Of a DNA stretch of 64,000 bases, positions 12,853 to 27,377 are shown in pieces. A program made the translations under genes and the position numbers. The number at the start of each line of letters is the position of its first letter. Position 1 is the stretch's first letter. The stretch is from the human T2T-CHM13v2.0 reference genome, Homo sapiens. The stretch is taken from the NCBI RefSeq assembly GCF_009914755.1, contig NC_060925.1; one strand, 5' to 3'. A model generated the notes under the pieces. That model was not told the DNA's origin. It saw only the letters and a list, made by a program, of their open reading frames with translations, and ran no database searches.

Positions 12853-13680
12853 GGCCTCTCGAGCATCCAAACCCTCACGACCTGCAAGGGGCCAGCAGGG
12901 ACGTGGCCCCACGCCACACACAACCTCTCCACATGCCTCAGCGCTGTTACTTGAATGCCTTCCCTGAGGGAAGAGGCCCTTGAGTCACAGACCCACAGAC
13001 GTCAGGGCCAGGGAGAGACCTAGGGGGTCCCCTGGCCTGGATCCCCATGGTATGCTTGAATCTGCTCCCTGAACTTCCTGCCAGTGCCTCCCCGTACCCC
13101 AAAACAATGTCACCATGGTTACCACCTACCCAGAAGACTGTTCCCTCCTCCCAAGACCCTTGTCTGCAGTGGTGCTCCTGCAGGCTGCCCGTTAAGATGG
13201 TGGCGGCACACGCTCCCTCCCGCAGCACCACGCCAGCTGGTGCGGCCCCCACTCTCTGTCTTCCTTCAACTTCAGACAAAGGATTTCTCAACCTTTGGTC
13301 AGTTAACTTGAAAACTCTTGATTTTCAGTGCAAATGACTTTTAAAAGACACTATATTGGAGTCTCTTTCTCAGACTTCCTCAGCGCAGGATGTAAATAGC
13401 ACTAACGATCGACTGGAACAAAGTGACCGCTGTGTAAAACTACTGCCTTGCCACTCACTGTTGTATACATTTCTTATTTACGATTTTCATTTGTTATATA
13501 TATATATAAATATACTGTATATATATGCAACATTTTATATTTTTCATGGATATGTTTTTATCATTTCAAAAAATGTGTATTTCACATTTCTTGGACTTTT
13601 TTTAGCTGTTATTCAGTGATGCATTTTGTATACTCACGTGGTATTTAGTAATAAAAATCTATCTATGTATTACGTCACAT
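12853..13680 (+). other. GRHL3: GRHL3 3' UTR (AU-rich distal part, (TA)n near 13495-13527)
   Basis: Lies between the stop codon and AATAAA; the end point is inferred from the poly(A) signal. Confidence 0.85.
13650..13655 (+). terminator. GRHL3 polyadenylation signal AATAAA
   Basis: Canonical hexamer after a U-rich tract, about 0.8 kb past the stop codon. Confidence 0.85.
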
Positions 13681-14185
13681 TACTTCACATGCTGCTCTCG
13701 TTCCTTTTGGGAGAGTCTGCTGGAAAGAGATGGCTACATTGGTCGGGGCCTCGCTCCTCTTTCTCCCTTCGCTCTGGCTCTGTGCGGAGAACGGGTTGCC
13801 CTGGACTTGAAGGATGCTGGGACGTGCAGGGCACCGGTGGAGCAGAGGTGCCCCCTCTGGAAGGCAGCAGATTCCTGATGCCCAGATGTTTGTGTTTGAA
13901 TGTTACAGCCTCAGGATCATTGACTCTGCAGAGAAAGTCCTGGGAAGGGTGTAGAATGAGCTTGAAGAGGACCTCACAGCTGAGGCCATCAGGCAGCACC
14001 CAAGGCTGGGAGCCACATGACCTGAGTCTTGTGCCAGCTCTGCGCCTACTCTCTAGGCCAAGCCACGTTCCCTGAAGCCAGCTCCTACAGCTCACAGAAG
14101 CAATTGCAGGTATCTCTTCCCAACTCTGAAGGAGTGTGGTCATGTTGGCACATTGAAATCAGCCATGGTGACAGTCAGAAATTGA

Positions 14186-14897
<712 letters not shown>

Positions 14898-15291
14898 ACA
14901 TTTATCTTTTTTAAGCTGCCAAGTTGAAGTGGGTCTTTCTTCCTTTGGGAGAGCAGACTTACCAGCCACTGCTACCTGTAGCCCTCAGTTTCTTTGGCTA
15001 TAAAATGCAGGTCATGATCTCTGTTGGTTGTTTGTAATTATCATCTTCAGAGCCTCAGGGCTCACTGGTGGGTCTCCAAGGCCACTACAATGCGAGGAAG
15101 GGGCTGCAGCAGTCCCTGCGTACCCTCCCTAACTCCATCACTGCAGCTCTGCTTCTCTCCACTTAAATATTTGGGTTTCTCGTAAACATCTGTCTGAGTA
15201 AAACTTTTTTTAAAAAGGTGTGAAAACCATGATCCCTCTAAGAACCTCCCAGCGCTGACAGTCTGTGGTCCTAATTCCCAAGCCCCTACCT

Positions 15292-15522
15292 AGAGTCAAG
15301 GCTATGGGCAGGTGAGTCTCTAGCCTAAGGCACAAAAATTAAGGGGTACCCAAAAGCTCAATAAGCAAGATAAATAAGTTTAATGCAATATTTTTAAAAT
15401 TAAGGCCCCCCCCCCCCAAAAAAAAAATCCATGGTGAACAAAACATCACAGTTTTAAAGACAGGATTCGTATTACTGATGTTTCCTTTTGCCTCGGGTTC
15501 CCATTAGGCTTGCCTGCCCCTG
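15292..15522. mobile_element. MER96B-like hAT DNA transposon remnant
   Basis: caagataaataa..taatgcaatatttt..atccatggtgaacaaaa..gacaggattcgtattactgat..tccttttgcctc resembles the MER96B consensus (recall). Confidence 0.7.
15379..15384 (-). terminator. Probable STPG1 polyadenylation signal ATTAAA (3' UTR about 16902 to 15361)
   Basis: tttaat on the + strand, about 1.5 kb after the stop codon, followed by U-rich sequence on the - strand. Confidence 0.6.
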
Positions 15523-15756
15523 TGGGAGGGACCCAGTGGGGCACCCAGAGTTGCTCTGCCCAGGCGAGGCCTCACTGTGGCTGTGACGCACCCTTGATGT
15601 CAGAACGAGGTGATGTGTGAAGGTTAAATGACAGAGGAGTGTGGAACCACAGCCATGCTGTAGGTGCTCCAGGTGCTCTGCGTGTACAAAGTTCCCACCT
15701 CCTGAACTTCCCACCCAGCTCCCCTCCCAGAGCCAGTTAGGAAGCTGGAAGGTGGC

Positions 15757-15927
15757 GCTTCTCAACCTACACCTATCATTGGAATCACCTGGGTGGCTCC
15801 TGCCTCCCCACTGCCCAGACCCCACCCTGGAGGAGTTAAATCAGCATTTGTGGGTGGGCCCCAGGCCTCAGTACTTTTTAAAGTCCCCAGGTGATTACAG
15901 TGTGCAGTCAAGGCTGAGAACCACTTC
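15757..15927. mobile_element. MER5-type hAT-Charlie MITE in the STPG1 3' UTR
   Basis: ttggaatcacctggg...ccccaggtgattacagtgtgcagtcaaggctgagaaccact. Confidence 0.75.
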
Positions 15928-16902
15928 TCTGGAGAGGCCACAGTTGTACAGGCCTTGGAGGCTTTGTAACCTCTCGGTATCTGGCGGGGTTAATGTACAG
16001 AAAGACTAAACAGCGTCAGTCAAAGCCTGCTGGGAGATCAGAAAAGGAGCCTGGCAGCTCCCCACCCACCGCGAATCTGTGCAGCCTCCACCAAAACCAC
16101 TAGGGCACATTTCTTTTTCCCTCCACATAGAGAGACGAAAGCTATCAGGCCTAGACAGGCCATGTGGACTCCATGGAAGGGCCTGTAAGCCTTGAGAAAA
16201 TTCAGTCCCGCCAGCAGAGAAAGTCAGGGAAAAGCGCAGCCCCCGGGCCCGGCCACTGCCATTCCAAGATGATCTCCCACTCCAAAGAGAAAAAGGTCTA
16301 AAAGGAGTAAAGAGAGGTCTTTCCAAACAGGTGGTCACTTTAGAAAGGAAGCTGTGGACTGGTGGAAAAAGCATCACCTGCCTGCAGGTAGCTTTCGCCC
16401 AGTAGACATACCGTAAGTGAGTGAGGTCAGAAAGGGACAAATGAGAAAGGCAGGAGTGAGGGAATGAATGAATGTGTAAATGAATGAAGGAATGAAACAG
16501 GGAAGGGTGGGGCTTCCAGGCTTGGCCACCTTCAGGGTGGACTGATCCTCCTTGAAGTCTGCGCTTCAGGAGTCCCTTCAGTCTGCGGCAGGGAGTCGTG
16601 CCGGAAGGCAGCCTGGATGGGTGCGTGGGGAAGCAGCCAGGGGGCTCTGTCCACTCCTCCCTTCTGCTCAGGAAGCCACTGGAGTCTGTGGGGCTGGGGT
16701 GAAGTCTCCAGGGAGCAATGTCTCCAGCTCAAGACAAAGGCAATGGCAGCAGTCCGGCTAGGATGCCAGGCCAGAGTGGTAGAGCCACCCCCCAAGTTGT
16801 CAGCTGCCACACTCATGATCGGTCTCCTCCTGAGGAATGTCCTGGGGACGCTGGGCAGGGTGGGCTGGTGGCTGGAGTTCTCCTTGACCTTGTGTGACAT
16901 CC

Positions 16903-16979
16903 CTACAGAACCGGGATCCATTTCTTGTCCTCGTTGTAGAGGAAGGACTGCTTTCCTGGAAGCTCTGGCTTGTACGTAG
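16903..16979 (-). CDS. STPG1: STPG1 last exon, coding part ([25 protein letters not shown])
   Basis: ctcacag acceptor, in frame, TAG at 16905-16903. Confidence 0.94.
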
Positions 16980-18521
16980 CTGTGAGGGGACAGAGAGGCG
17001 GAGGCATTAAGAGAGAAAAGGCCCATTGCTGCAGTCTCTGGCATTCTACCTCAGAGCTGGAAAGGCCTGGGGACCCCTGTGCCAGCCCCTGTATCTTACA
17101 CGTGGGGAGACAGAGAGGAAGGAACTGGCCCGAGGTTATTTGGCTCTTAACTGGCCCAGGGGAAGTCAAACTCTGACTTCCTGCCTTCTTTAATTCTTTT
17201 CAACTTCTTTAACAGAACAAAATTTACAAAACTATTTTCTATGAAATTCGAAAAGAAATTGAGTAAAGCAATATTCTTAAAGAAGCAAGGTGTTAGCTTC
17301 ATGGGGTCTTGTTTTGATCTAGTTCAGGGGTTTCCATAAAAGCAGAAGCCATGACAATTGCGGACATGGTTCTATAGGAGATGAGCAGGGCTTGGGAACT
17401 GTAGCCCCAGGTGACCAGAAACTCATGTTGATACTGACTTGGTTAATGAGGGTCCCGTGCACAGCCTCTCTGTTCCTATACTTGGAAAGCCGCTCAGGGG
17501 AGCCCATGGTAGTCCAGGTATACCTGAGTTTACTGGAAGCTGAGCAGGCAGATGCCGGCACGTGCACGTGCCCAGGAAACCCCTCGCAGAAGCCCACCTT
17601 GGCACGGGTGATCAGAGCGGCAGGAGCTGCCTGTCTCTGTGTGCCAGGTGCCTAGCACCACATACGGCATGGAAAAGTCATTCGGGCAATGCTTCCAGAG
17701 GATGTGGTAGAGCAGGGTCAAAGCAGGATCCCTGCCTATGCCCTACCCTCTCTGGAGCTCACCCCTTGTATGGAGCATTTGCATGTTTGCAATGCTGAGT
17801 TCTCCTCGACTGACTAGATGAGCCCCAGATCAAACCTCTACAGCCTTGCTGGTGTGATTATCACCACATTTGCAAGGCCAAAGCTAGGAGAATGACCTTC
17901 TCCTGGCCCAGTCTGCCTTATGTTAGTCTCACCTGTGAATATGGAGCTGACGGCATCTCCCCACCTGACTGTGGCCTCTGGGGGCAAACCTGGGGCCCAG
18001 GTCATCTTGGCTCCCTCGCACGGGAGCATCGTCAACACTCACAGAAAGGCTGGGTGTAACCAAGCTGGCAGTCATCACAGCTCTGCCTTCATCCTCCCAT
18101 GCCACCTGCCACACATGTCAGTCCCCAGTGCCACCAGCTTTGGCCATGGTCAGGCTGTGGTAATAGCGAAAGCGCTCTATAGAGAGCTACAAATAGGTCA
18201 GGAAGCACAGAGGCCGCCCACTGGACTGAGTCCCTCATGATATTAGCTCCCAGGTAGATCCCAGATGTAACAGGGGATCCCTACTTATGCTTGCCTGTAA
18301 AAAGAGTGTGGCGCTAGAAGGTTCAAAAGAGCTGCTCCGTTGGACAGTCCCTGGTTAATTTCATGAACAAACAAGGCATAAATGGGGAAACACCTGGCAC
18401 TGCCCGCCACGAACTCGCTGCGGACCTGTGGCCCACCTGCTCTCCAGGGCTTCCTCAGCTGTAAAATAACCTGGCCACACTAGACCAGTAGTTTAAATAT
18501 TTTTAAGAAAAAGAACTTTTC

Positions 18522-18845
18522 TGGCTGGGCACAGTGGCTCACGCCTGTAATCCCAGCACTCTGGGAGGCCAAGACGGGCAGACCAGTTGAGGTCAGGAGT
18601 TCGAGACCAGCCTAGCCAACATAGCGAACCCCTGTCTGTCTCTGCTAAAAATACAAAAAGTAGCTGGGTGTGGTGGCATGTACCTGTAATTCCAGCTACT
18701 TGGGAGGCTGAGGCATGAGAATTGCCTGAACCTGGGAGGCGGAAGTTGTGAGCCAAGACCGCACTACTGCACTCCAGCCTGGGCGATACAGCGAGACTCC
18801 GTCTCAAAAAAATAAAAGTAAAAAAAATTAATAATAATAAAGAAA
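18522..18845 (+). mobile_element. Alu (S-type), TSD aaaaagaactttt
   Basis: Full-length Alu with a flanking direct repeat. Confidence 0.93.
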
Positions 18846-19210
18846 AAGAACTTTTCTGACACTCTGACAAAAGCTATGGCCTCCTTTCCCAGAAAATAAT
18901 GTCTATATGTGCCAATTCTTCAGCCAACTGCAGAGTCACAGACCCCTTCAAGACTATCTTTGAATCTTTTAGATGTTCATGGTCCTCAGTATGAATCCCT
19001 GGCCTGGACCATCTCTAAGAGCCCTTTCACCTTAAAAAACAAAACATTTTTGTACTGTGAAAATGTGAACTGATAATGCTTCCAAATCTACCCTCATCCC
19101 TGTAACCTATTTGGGAAACAACCTATAAATCAATGGCATTTGATGACCCAAGAATGACAAACAGTTCCAGAAGATTTGGTTTTTACAATCATTTAAAACA
19201 ATCCTCTGAC

Positions 19211-19401
19211 CTGGGCCAGGCAGGCCTGGCTGAGGCGGCGCCGCTGTCCACCGGCTGGTATTGGACACGAATGATGCACTAGAGATGAAATGCTTGCGGG
19301 GGCCTAAGTAGTCCACGATCTCATACTGACCAGGACCTGGGAAAGGTGGCTTCGGAGGCAGAGGCGAAGGCTGAGCAGAGAAGTTCAGGATGGGGTTTTT
19401 C
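19211..19401 (-). CDS. STPG1: STPG1 exon 8 ([31 protein letters not shown]...PGLPGP)
   Basis: cccaaag acceptor, CAG/gtcaga donor, 191 nt. Confidence 0.94.
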
Positions 19402-22400
19402 CTTTGGGAAAGATAAAACGGGAAGATGTCACTAAGGCAGTCTAGTGGGGAAGGCACAGTTTCTAGACACAGCCAAGACCTGCACAGCAGCAAGCTGTCT
19501 GGAAGAGGACTGGTCACGGCACCGGGGCAGAGCCCTAGCTCCACTGGTAGTGAGCTGGGGACCCCTGGATCTGTTTCTTCATCTGCACATGGCAATCATG
19601 ATGGGACCTACTTTGAGGTCAGGGTTGTCAGGATAAATGAGATGACGCACCTAAAACACAGTACTCAGGATAGGCCTGGCACACAGTGAGAGCTCAGTGT
19701 GCATTGCTGGAGATGTGGAGCTAACCAGAAATGGCAGGCCGTGTATATCTCATGTGCCAACTCTGATTGATTGGTAGTGCCTGGCTGGAGTTCTGTGAAA
19801 AAAACTGAGGCCTCATATGGACTCAATGGGAAGAGGCCTTAGTGACCCACTTGTGATGCCTGCCATGGTCAGGGAAGAGAAAGAAGCATCCCACATTCCA
19901 CAGATTTGCCATCCCAAGACCAGCAGGTCTTTAGAGGCCACTGTAACATTGACATTCCAGAATCCTACTAAATATCGTCCTGGGGAGGCAGGAGGCAGGA
20001 GTGGAAAAGCACCGGGCTGGAAATCAAGAGACTCTGCATAACCCTTTACCACTCACACCGCCATTGTTTTCAAGTCTGTCTTCCCCTCCTTCCAGAAAGG
20101 GAGTCTATCTTTTATCTCTGATATTGAGACATGAAATGAAAGACCGGACCTGTACTTGAGTCCTAGCTTGGTCACTAACTCATTCTGGGCCTCAGTTTCC
20201 CCATCTGTAAAAGGAAGGGGTTGGACAAGATGACCTCTGAGGTCCCTTCCTGCTGTGACCTTTCATCAGGCCTTGATTCAAAGTTCCACTGGGTTGTCAG
20301 AGACTTCTGCGCTTGTTACAGGAATCATGCTACTCTCCCAACCATGTAATAGAAGGGCCGCCTCCTTCTGGCTCACACCCAAGGCTTCTTCTAAAAGGCT
20401 TCTCACCAAAAGGGGAGAGGAGGTTCTCCGCACTGAATGGCCAAGGGAGCCTTCCCCAGCTTCCCCCAGCACTCAATGACCAAGGGAGCCAGCCCATCCA
20501 AGCAAAGGAGGGGACTTGGGATTCCTGGCCACTGGGGCACTACTGCACTTTAGCCAACAACTTCTTAAACACAGAGAGCTTGAGGGGACCCAAGTGATGT
20601 CTTCTTCAACCTCCTTAGTTTTCTAAAAATGTTGGTGTCCGGAGAGACAAAGTAACCGATCCAGTTATAGGCACCTTTGTAGGAATGCTGGCATAGAACT
20701 CAAGTGTTTGGCACCTAGCAATATGGAGAAAGCATGATGGCGGAGGGGACTGAGTTTAAGGGTCACACACAAACCTGAGGCTGAATTCTAGTCATGCCAC
20801 TTACTGGCTGTAAGACAAGGCCCCTGATTTCTCTATAGCTTAGCGTCAGTATACACAGCATTGCAAGGAACAATGACACTAACTTTATAAAGGAGTTACA
20901 ATGAACAGAGAAAAGGTATGTAAAGCACCTAGTAGAGCACCAGCACATAGTAGGTGCTCAATAAAGGTAGTTGTTATTCTTCTGATGATCCCTGTGTCAG
21001 CATCAATGTGTGCTGCTTGGTGACAGACAGGCAACTGAGCCTCGTAAAAGACTGACAGGGCCCTTCCACCCCAGAGTCATGCTGAGGCAGGGGACACCCC
21101 CCTGGTCAGAGAGGACACTGAAAGCCATCATAAATGTGCTTGGGCTCACATCTTGTGGTGGAGGAGCAGCTGGCGTGGATGCTTATATTTAGAACAAAGG
21201 TACCCACAGGGAAAGGGGGGACATGCTGCCTCCCTGTTTGCTATGAATCTGCATGGAAGAACTGGTTACAGGGTGTAATCAACAACCTCTCCCCTTATAA
21301 ATAAAAGCTGGCTTCTCCTTGTTCTGGCTTGTGGCTCCCCCTTCAAAACACCTCCAGACATTTGATGAGTTTGTGGCTGGCATCATGGAGAGACAGGTTT
21401 GATTCCTGGAAATTACAGCTGGAACAAATCAACCATTATATGAGGTCACCCCATCACTGGTCTGGGTCACTCCAAGCCCAAGATTCCCACCCTGTTCTTT
21501 GAGAAAACCATGAGGTGTCTGCTTTCTTAGCCAAGGACAGCCTGCAGAAGGCTGGAGCACGCTGAGTTAATGACTCACCAGTGTTCTTGGCAAGATGGGT
21601 TAGAGAGGTTTCTTGTCTTCCACTCCTTCAGTATGCCCAGGAGAGGCTCAGAACCTTCAGCCTAGCACTATGGATCTTTCATGAGCACCAGCCATGTGTG
21701 GGATTCTGGGCCAGGCATGCTTGGGAATCCAGGCAGTTCTGTACTAAGACACGGACTTGAGTGTCCTTAAGGGCTTGACAATCCGCTGCCAGCAACAGCC
21801 ATGACTGGTGACAACTTCAGGCAGTACAGGCTTTGCACTCAGACAGAGCTGGGTTTGAATCCCCACTTCCCCGTTCAACAGCTATGTGTTCTTAGAAAAG
21901 GCTCTTAACCTCCTTAAGCCTCAATTTCCTCATCTGTAAAACAGTGGAAGTAATACCTACTACCCAGATTGTTAGGAAGATTGTGCTTTACTTGTAACAT
22001 TTGTTTAAAAACATGAAATCTGTTCGAATAGAGGTTAAAATAAAAAACTGCATTGAAAGCAGAGAGAAAGAGACAGAGACAGAGGGACATTAATTCCAAC
22101 AAGATGAATCCAGAAATCCATCCAGAAATCCAGAAAATCTTCAGGTGGGGAAGAGCATTTCCAGCAGAGGGAACAGCAGGAGCAAAAGCATGGAATGGGG
22201 AAAGCTGTAGCTGTTATGGCAGGAATTGGGACACAAGGAGACAGACGCTGAGCACCTAGACTGCCTTCAACCCTCCATTCACCGGTGATTTCCTGGGTTG
22301 TTCACTTGCTTCTGATACTCCCCACTTACAAACCCTGATGAAAACTTAAAGGCAAGATCTATTTATGGCCTCTCAATCCAGCCTAATCTCCCATGTCCTG

Positions 22401-22544
22401 CTGCTTCCGTTTTACCTTCCAGAAACACCCAACACAACACAGTTCAGCAACTCCATGCCTTTGTCCCTGCTGTTCCTTCTGTGAGAAACACCAACTTTCC
22501 CTGCAAACTCGAATTCAATTCTTGACGTTCTCACTTTCTTCCAG

Positions 22545-22731
22545 GGAAACTTCTCTCCTCCACCCACGCCTGTCTCGCCACCCCCCACCTGACTGTCTTG
22601 AATGTTCCCATCCTGTGACTCAAGTGAGGAACATGGGTTTTGGAGATGGATTTTGGAGGCAGAGGGACCTGGATTCAAATCCCAGCCCCACCACCGTCAA
22701 CAGCCTGCACTTCACTGTAAACTCGGAATGA
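22545..22731 (+). CDS. GRHL3: GRHL3 alternative terminal exon (ETSLLHPRLSRHPPPDCLECSHPVTQVRNMGFGDGFWRQRDLDSNPSPTTVNSLHFTVNSE*), giving a 626-aa isoform
   Basis: ctttcttccag acceptor fits the phase-2 exon 15 donor (GG+G = Gly); TGA at 22729-22731; the peptide matches the long GRHL3 C-terminus as I recall it. Confidence 0.8.
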
Positions 22732-25700
22732 CACACCCACCTGGAGGAGAGGTGGAAGGACGACGGCAGGTCACATCTGAGAGCTCTCAGCTCAGAGTAT
22801 GTGGCCCCTGAATACATTCTGGCTATTACTTTGCATTTAAAATGTTGCATTTTCTATGGCTTTTACTTGCCTAGCTCTTTAAGGGAAGGTATTGTGTCTT
22901 CCTCAGCTTTGAGGCCCCTAGCCCTATCCCGGGAACATTTGCTGAAGTGCAGAGAAAAGCAGAGGGCTGGCAGCATGTAAAGGAGCCCAGGCATCTGAGG
23001 CCCACATGACAGTTTCATCCTCATCCAGGGCTGGTCCCTCCATGTCGAGGTGGGGCTGACAAATCACAAAGGTCAGGCTGGATCAAACCCAGGGCAGCCC
23101 ACAGTGCATTGTGACCAGGGCTTTTATGAGCCTCATTGCTCAGTTATAAAAGCCAACCTGGCCCTGCCCCGTGGAAAGAAAACATCTATCAAAGGCTCTG
23201 AGTTGGCCACAACTGGATTAAGTGTGTTTGCAGCTTCCAATGTGAGCTGTTTGCAAATCACCTAAGAATAATGAATGTCTTAGAGGACTCAGCAGGCCAC
23301 TTGGGGAAAGCATCTGAGACCCTCCAGACACTCCCAGGCACACATTCACTCGCCTCAGGGATTCCCAGGGTTGGGAGGGATAAAGGGGCAATTTTTCTCA
23401 TCATTAAAGGGCAGCCGATTGCCTCTGGGGTGGAATGCAGTATCTGTTTAACAGGGTAGCGGGTGACAGATTACAGCTGCTTGGGAAGAAGCATCCCATA
23501 TCTAATTGAAAATCCCAGGGGAAGTTAGGGTGGGTCCAATCTAATTACCAAAATTGGAGTGGGGCCAACGGGGCTTGATTTTTCAGCTCTAGCTGTGACA
23601 AGACAGCGTGTCTGTGCAAATCCAGTGGCTTAAAACTCCAGGAAGCAGATCAAGGGTTAGAAAAATGGCCCTGAGTGTTGCACCTCCTTGCTGGGGAGCA
23701 TGAGTTGGAAGGCATTGCCTAGGAGGAACTATTTTGATCTCCAAAACTCTCACCCTGACTCACCCTAAGTGATTGAGTCATCACTGTGACGGATATTGAA
23801 GACCTCAGAAGCGAAACCTTGGCTGATACTTCACTTTGCTTCTGAAGACACCCTGGAAGCTGAGAAGTCCTCTTAGCTTTGAGTCAGCAAGGTGGCCATG
23901 GCCAAGGAACACCCGATGGCATGACCTTTAGCTAAGGAGCTCAGAAATGCCAGTGCTAACAAACAGCCAGCCCCAAGCACAGCATCCGCCCTGCGGGGCC
24001 ACACTAGAAACCCTAGGAAGACACAGAGGACCCGCTCACCTGCTTTGATAAAAATACAAGTTACCATGTGAATTTTGTGGGTTATCTCCTTTTATCCTTA
24101 CAACCACATTATGAGGTGTTCTTATCCTGGTTCACCAAGGATGACTTTGAACCCACTGGGAGTTAAGTGACCTCCCTTCCCCCAGGCCCACAGGGCTGGT
24201 GAGCAGGGAAAGTGGAGGTTCCATGGTACTGACTTTGGGGCCTACGCTAATCAATCCACTGCCCACGCTGCCTCCATGGCCTCTTCAGGGGACGTGATCA
24301 GCCGTTCCCTGCCCTAATGGTGGCCTCCTGAGCTTTGGTCATATCCAGCCATCCTCTCACGGCTGGGCTTTACATTTTTTGGCCAGTAACATGAGACTAA
24401 AAACTCCAGGGAGAATTCATATCTGCACTGATGCTTCCTGCACCCTGAAGAAAGCAGATCCAGAAAAGCATTTCTGTAGCTGTAACTCTGCCCAAGAATG
24501 GGAAGCCCATCAACTCCAACCCAAGACAGATGAGGGCAGGTCTCCCCCTGCATGGCACGCGTGTGTTCCCGAGAAAGAAACATGGCGGCAAGTCACCGCC
24601 GCTCCACGTAGCCGTGGAGAGCTAAAGAGGATTAGTTCTGATGTGGACAAAGTCCTAAGGGAAGGTGCATGCAGATGGGGTCACCTCAGGGGTCTACTGA
24701 CCTCAGGAACCCGTGTAGCTCCTGTCCCTCTCTTCCCTCCAGGGACACAGGAGAAAACAGAACTGGAATTTGAGAAACTGGATTTTGGATATTTCCTCAA
24801 CACTCTGATATTCAGCTGTCTTTTCTTTTCATTACATCATTTTCTTCATCATTCATCGGGAACAGATAAATGTTTTTTTTAGAATAGTCCAAAGCCTACC
24901 AGTCTTATCTTCTTGCTTTCCAAATAAAATGATAAATTTCTTAGCTTCATCTTTCCCACGTTAATTTTAAAATACATAATCTGGACCTCCTCTGTGGGTC
25001 CAGGCTGGCTCCACGTTCGTTGTCCCCTGTGTGCTCTCCTGAGTCCATGGTGAGCAAACCTGGGATTCTGATGTGTCAGAAATGCAGACACCCTTCTTTC
25101 GCTTATAGAGAAATGAAGACCCAGAGAGGTGCCCAGAGCAGCCCCAGACCACAGAGCCAGCTATACAAATGTCGTGCTATAGAGCCTGGGGCACCATCCC
25201 CTCATCAGGGTGAACCCAAGTTTAGGAGACAGCGGGTTAATAGGTTCCTTTACTGCAGGCCTTCTCAGAGCCTTTAAGATGCCTGTGCAGACTGCGATGT
25301 TCTCAGGGGCAGAGGGTTACGATGCAGTGCTTCTCAGACTTATTAACCAAAGACCTTTTATTTGTGAAGCATTGACAGAGAGCCAGCGAGCCCTAGAAGC
25401 CCCAGACACGCAGTCCCGCTGCACTGCCCAGTGGGAAGACGGCCCCATGGGTTGTACATGGCCATACACCCCTGGGGCCACCTAACCCGGCATTTTGCTG
25501 CAGGCTCCTCCACCTGGCTTCGAGGCTGTTCCCAGATGAGGTTGGCTGGAGGCGTGGTGTCCTGTTCACCTGAGCCTCCAGTACAGAACTAGAAATCTAT
25601 AGAGTCTGCTGACTGACAAATGCAAACGCCATAAAATAAGAACGATCTCAAACCACCTGTTCAAACTTGAGCAAAAGCCAGAAGATATTTCTCCAGATAA

Positions 25701-25824
25701 AGCAGTTAAAAATTGAGCATCCTCCACTCTTATGTTATTTCACCATTTTCCTTGAAGAAGCTTCCAAATTTGGGCTGGGGGCTTGAGCTGCCATGCCAAA
25801 TAACAGCTGTATTGTATAATATAG

Positions 25825-26173
<349 letters not shown>

Positions 26174-26981
26174 GGTAATAGCTATTTTCCAACATCTTCT
26201 CATCGAATCTTCATGGAATCCCTACGAGATAAGATCCTTATCTCTACTTAATAACATAAAACTGAGGCTCAGAGAGGAGAAGTCTCTGGAAGGTACGGAG
26301 CTGGGATTCATACTCTGGTCGGCCAACTCCAACACCTGTCCTCTTGACCACTCTTTCTCTGGCAGAGTAAGGGAATAGTTACTTGTAGAGATGCCGCATG
26401 CCAGCCTGGAGGCGGGAGGTCTCTGGAGAGAGACTTTCCAGAGACAGAGCTGTTCCTGGAGACTGGCCTGCCCCAGCCCCTAGCCCTACAGCCTGTACAA
26501 GGCCAGCCTGCAGAGCCCTAGACCTGGAGGGCAGAAGGGACTCCTCTGGTGGATTCCAGCTGAGGTCTCAATCCCCTCTCCAGATCTTAAGTTCGACTTG
26601 GCAGATTCACAACTTGCACCTCTCTCTAACTGTGGTCCCCTTGCCCTAGGCTGATGATCAGACTATGCCCAATGTTGGCAGCCTCCCTGGGTTGCCTGGA
26701 CTTCTGACCCACTGTGGCTATGGCTCCTAACACCTGCCTGATCTCTCTGGAGGGGCCCAAGAGGATATATTGTTGGTCCCACCTGGCCAGCCCTCCCAGT
26801 GGCCAGCTCTGTCTGGAGGGGCTACGCATGGGTGAGAGCTGAGATGGTAACAGGAGGACTAACCCTAACTGCAGTTAGTTCCAGAAGTTCTAGAACCATT
26901 CGAGAAATAAATAAGCTCTGTGAGTATTTGAGCCTCTTAGGTGAGAGTAATATAAAATGTGTAGGATATTAAACAGGGTAA

Positions 26982-27377
<396 letters not shown>

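Noticed and set aside
12853-13680. miR-21 and miR-200 seed sites in the GRHL3 3' UTR
   Set aside because: I could not find canonical seed matches (ATAAGCT, CAGTATT) by eye
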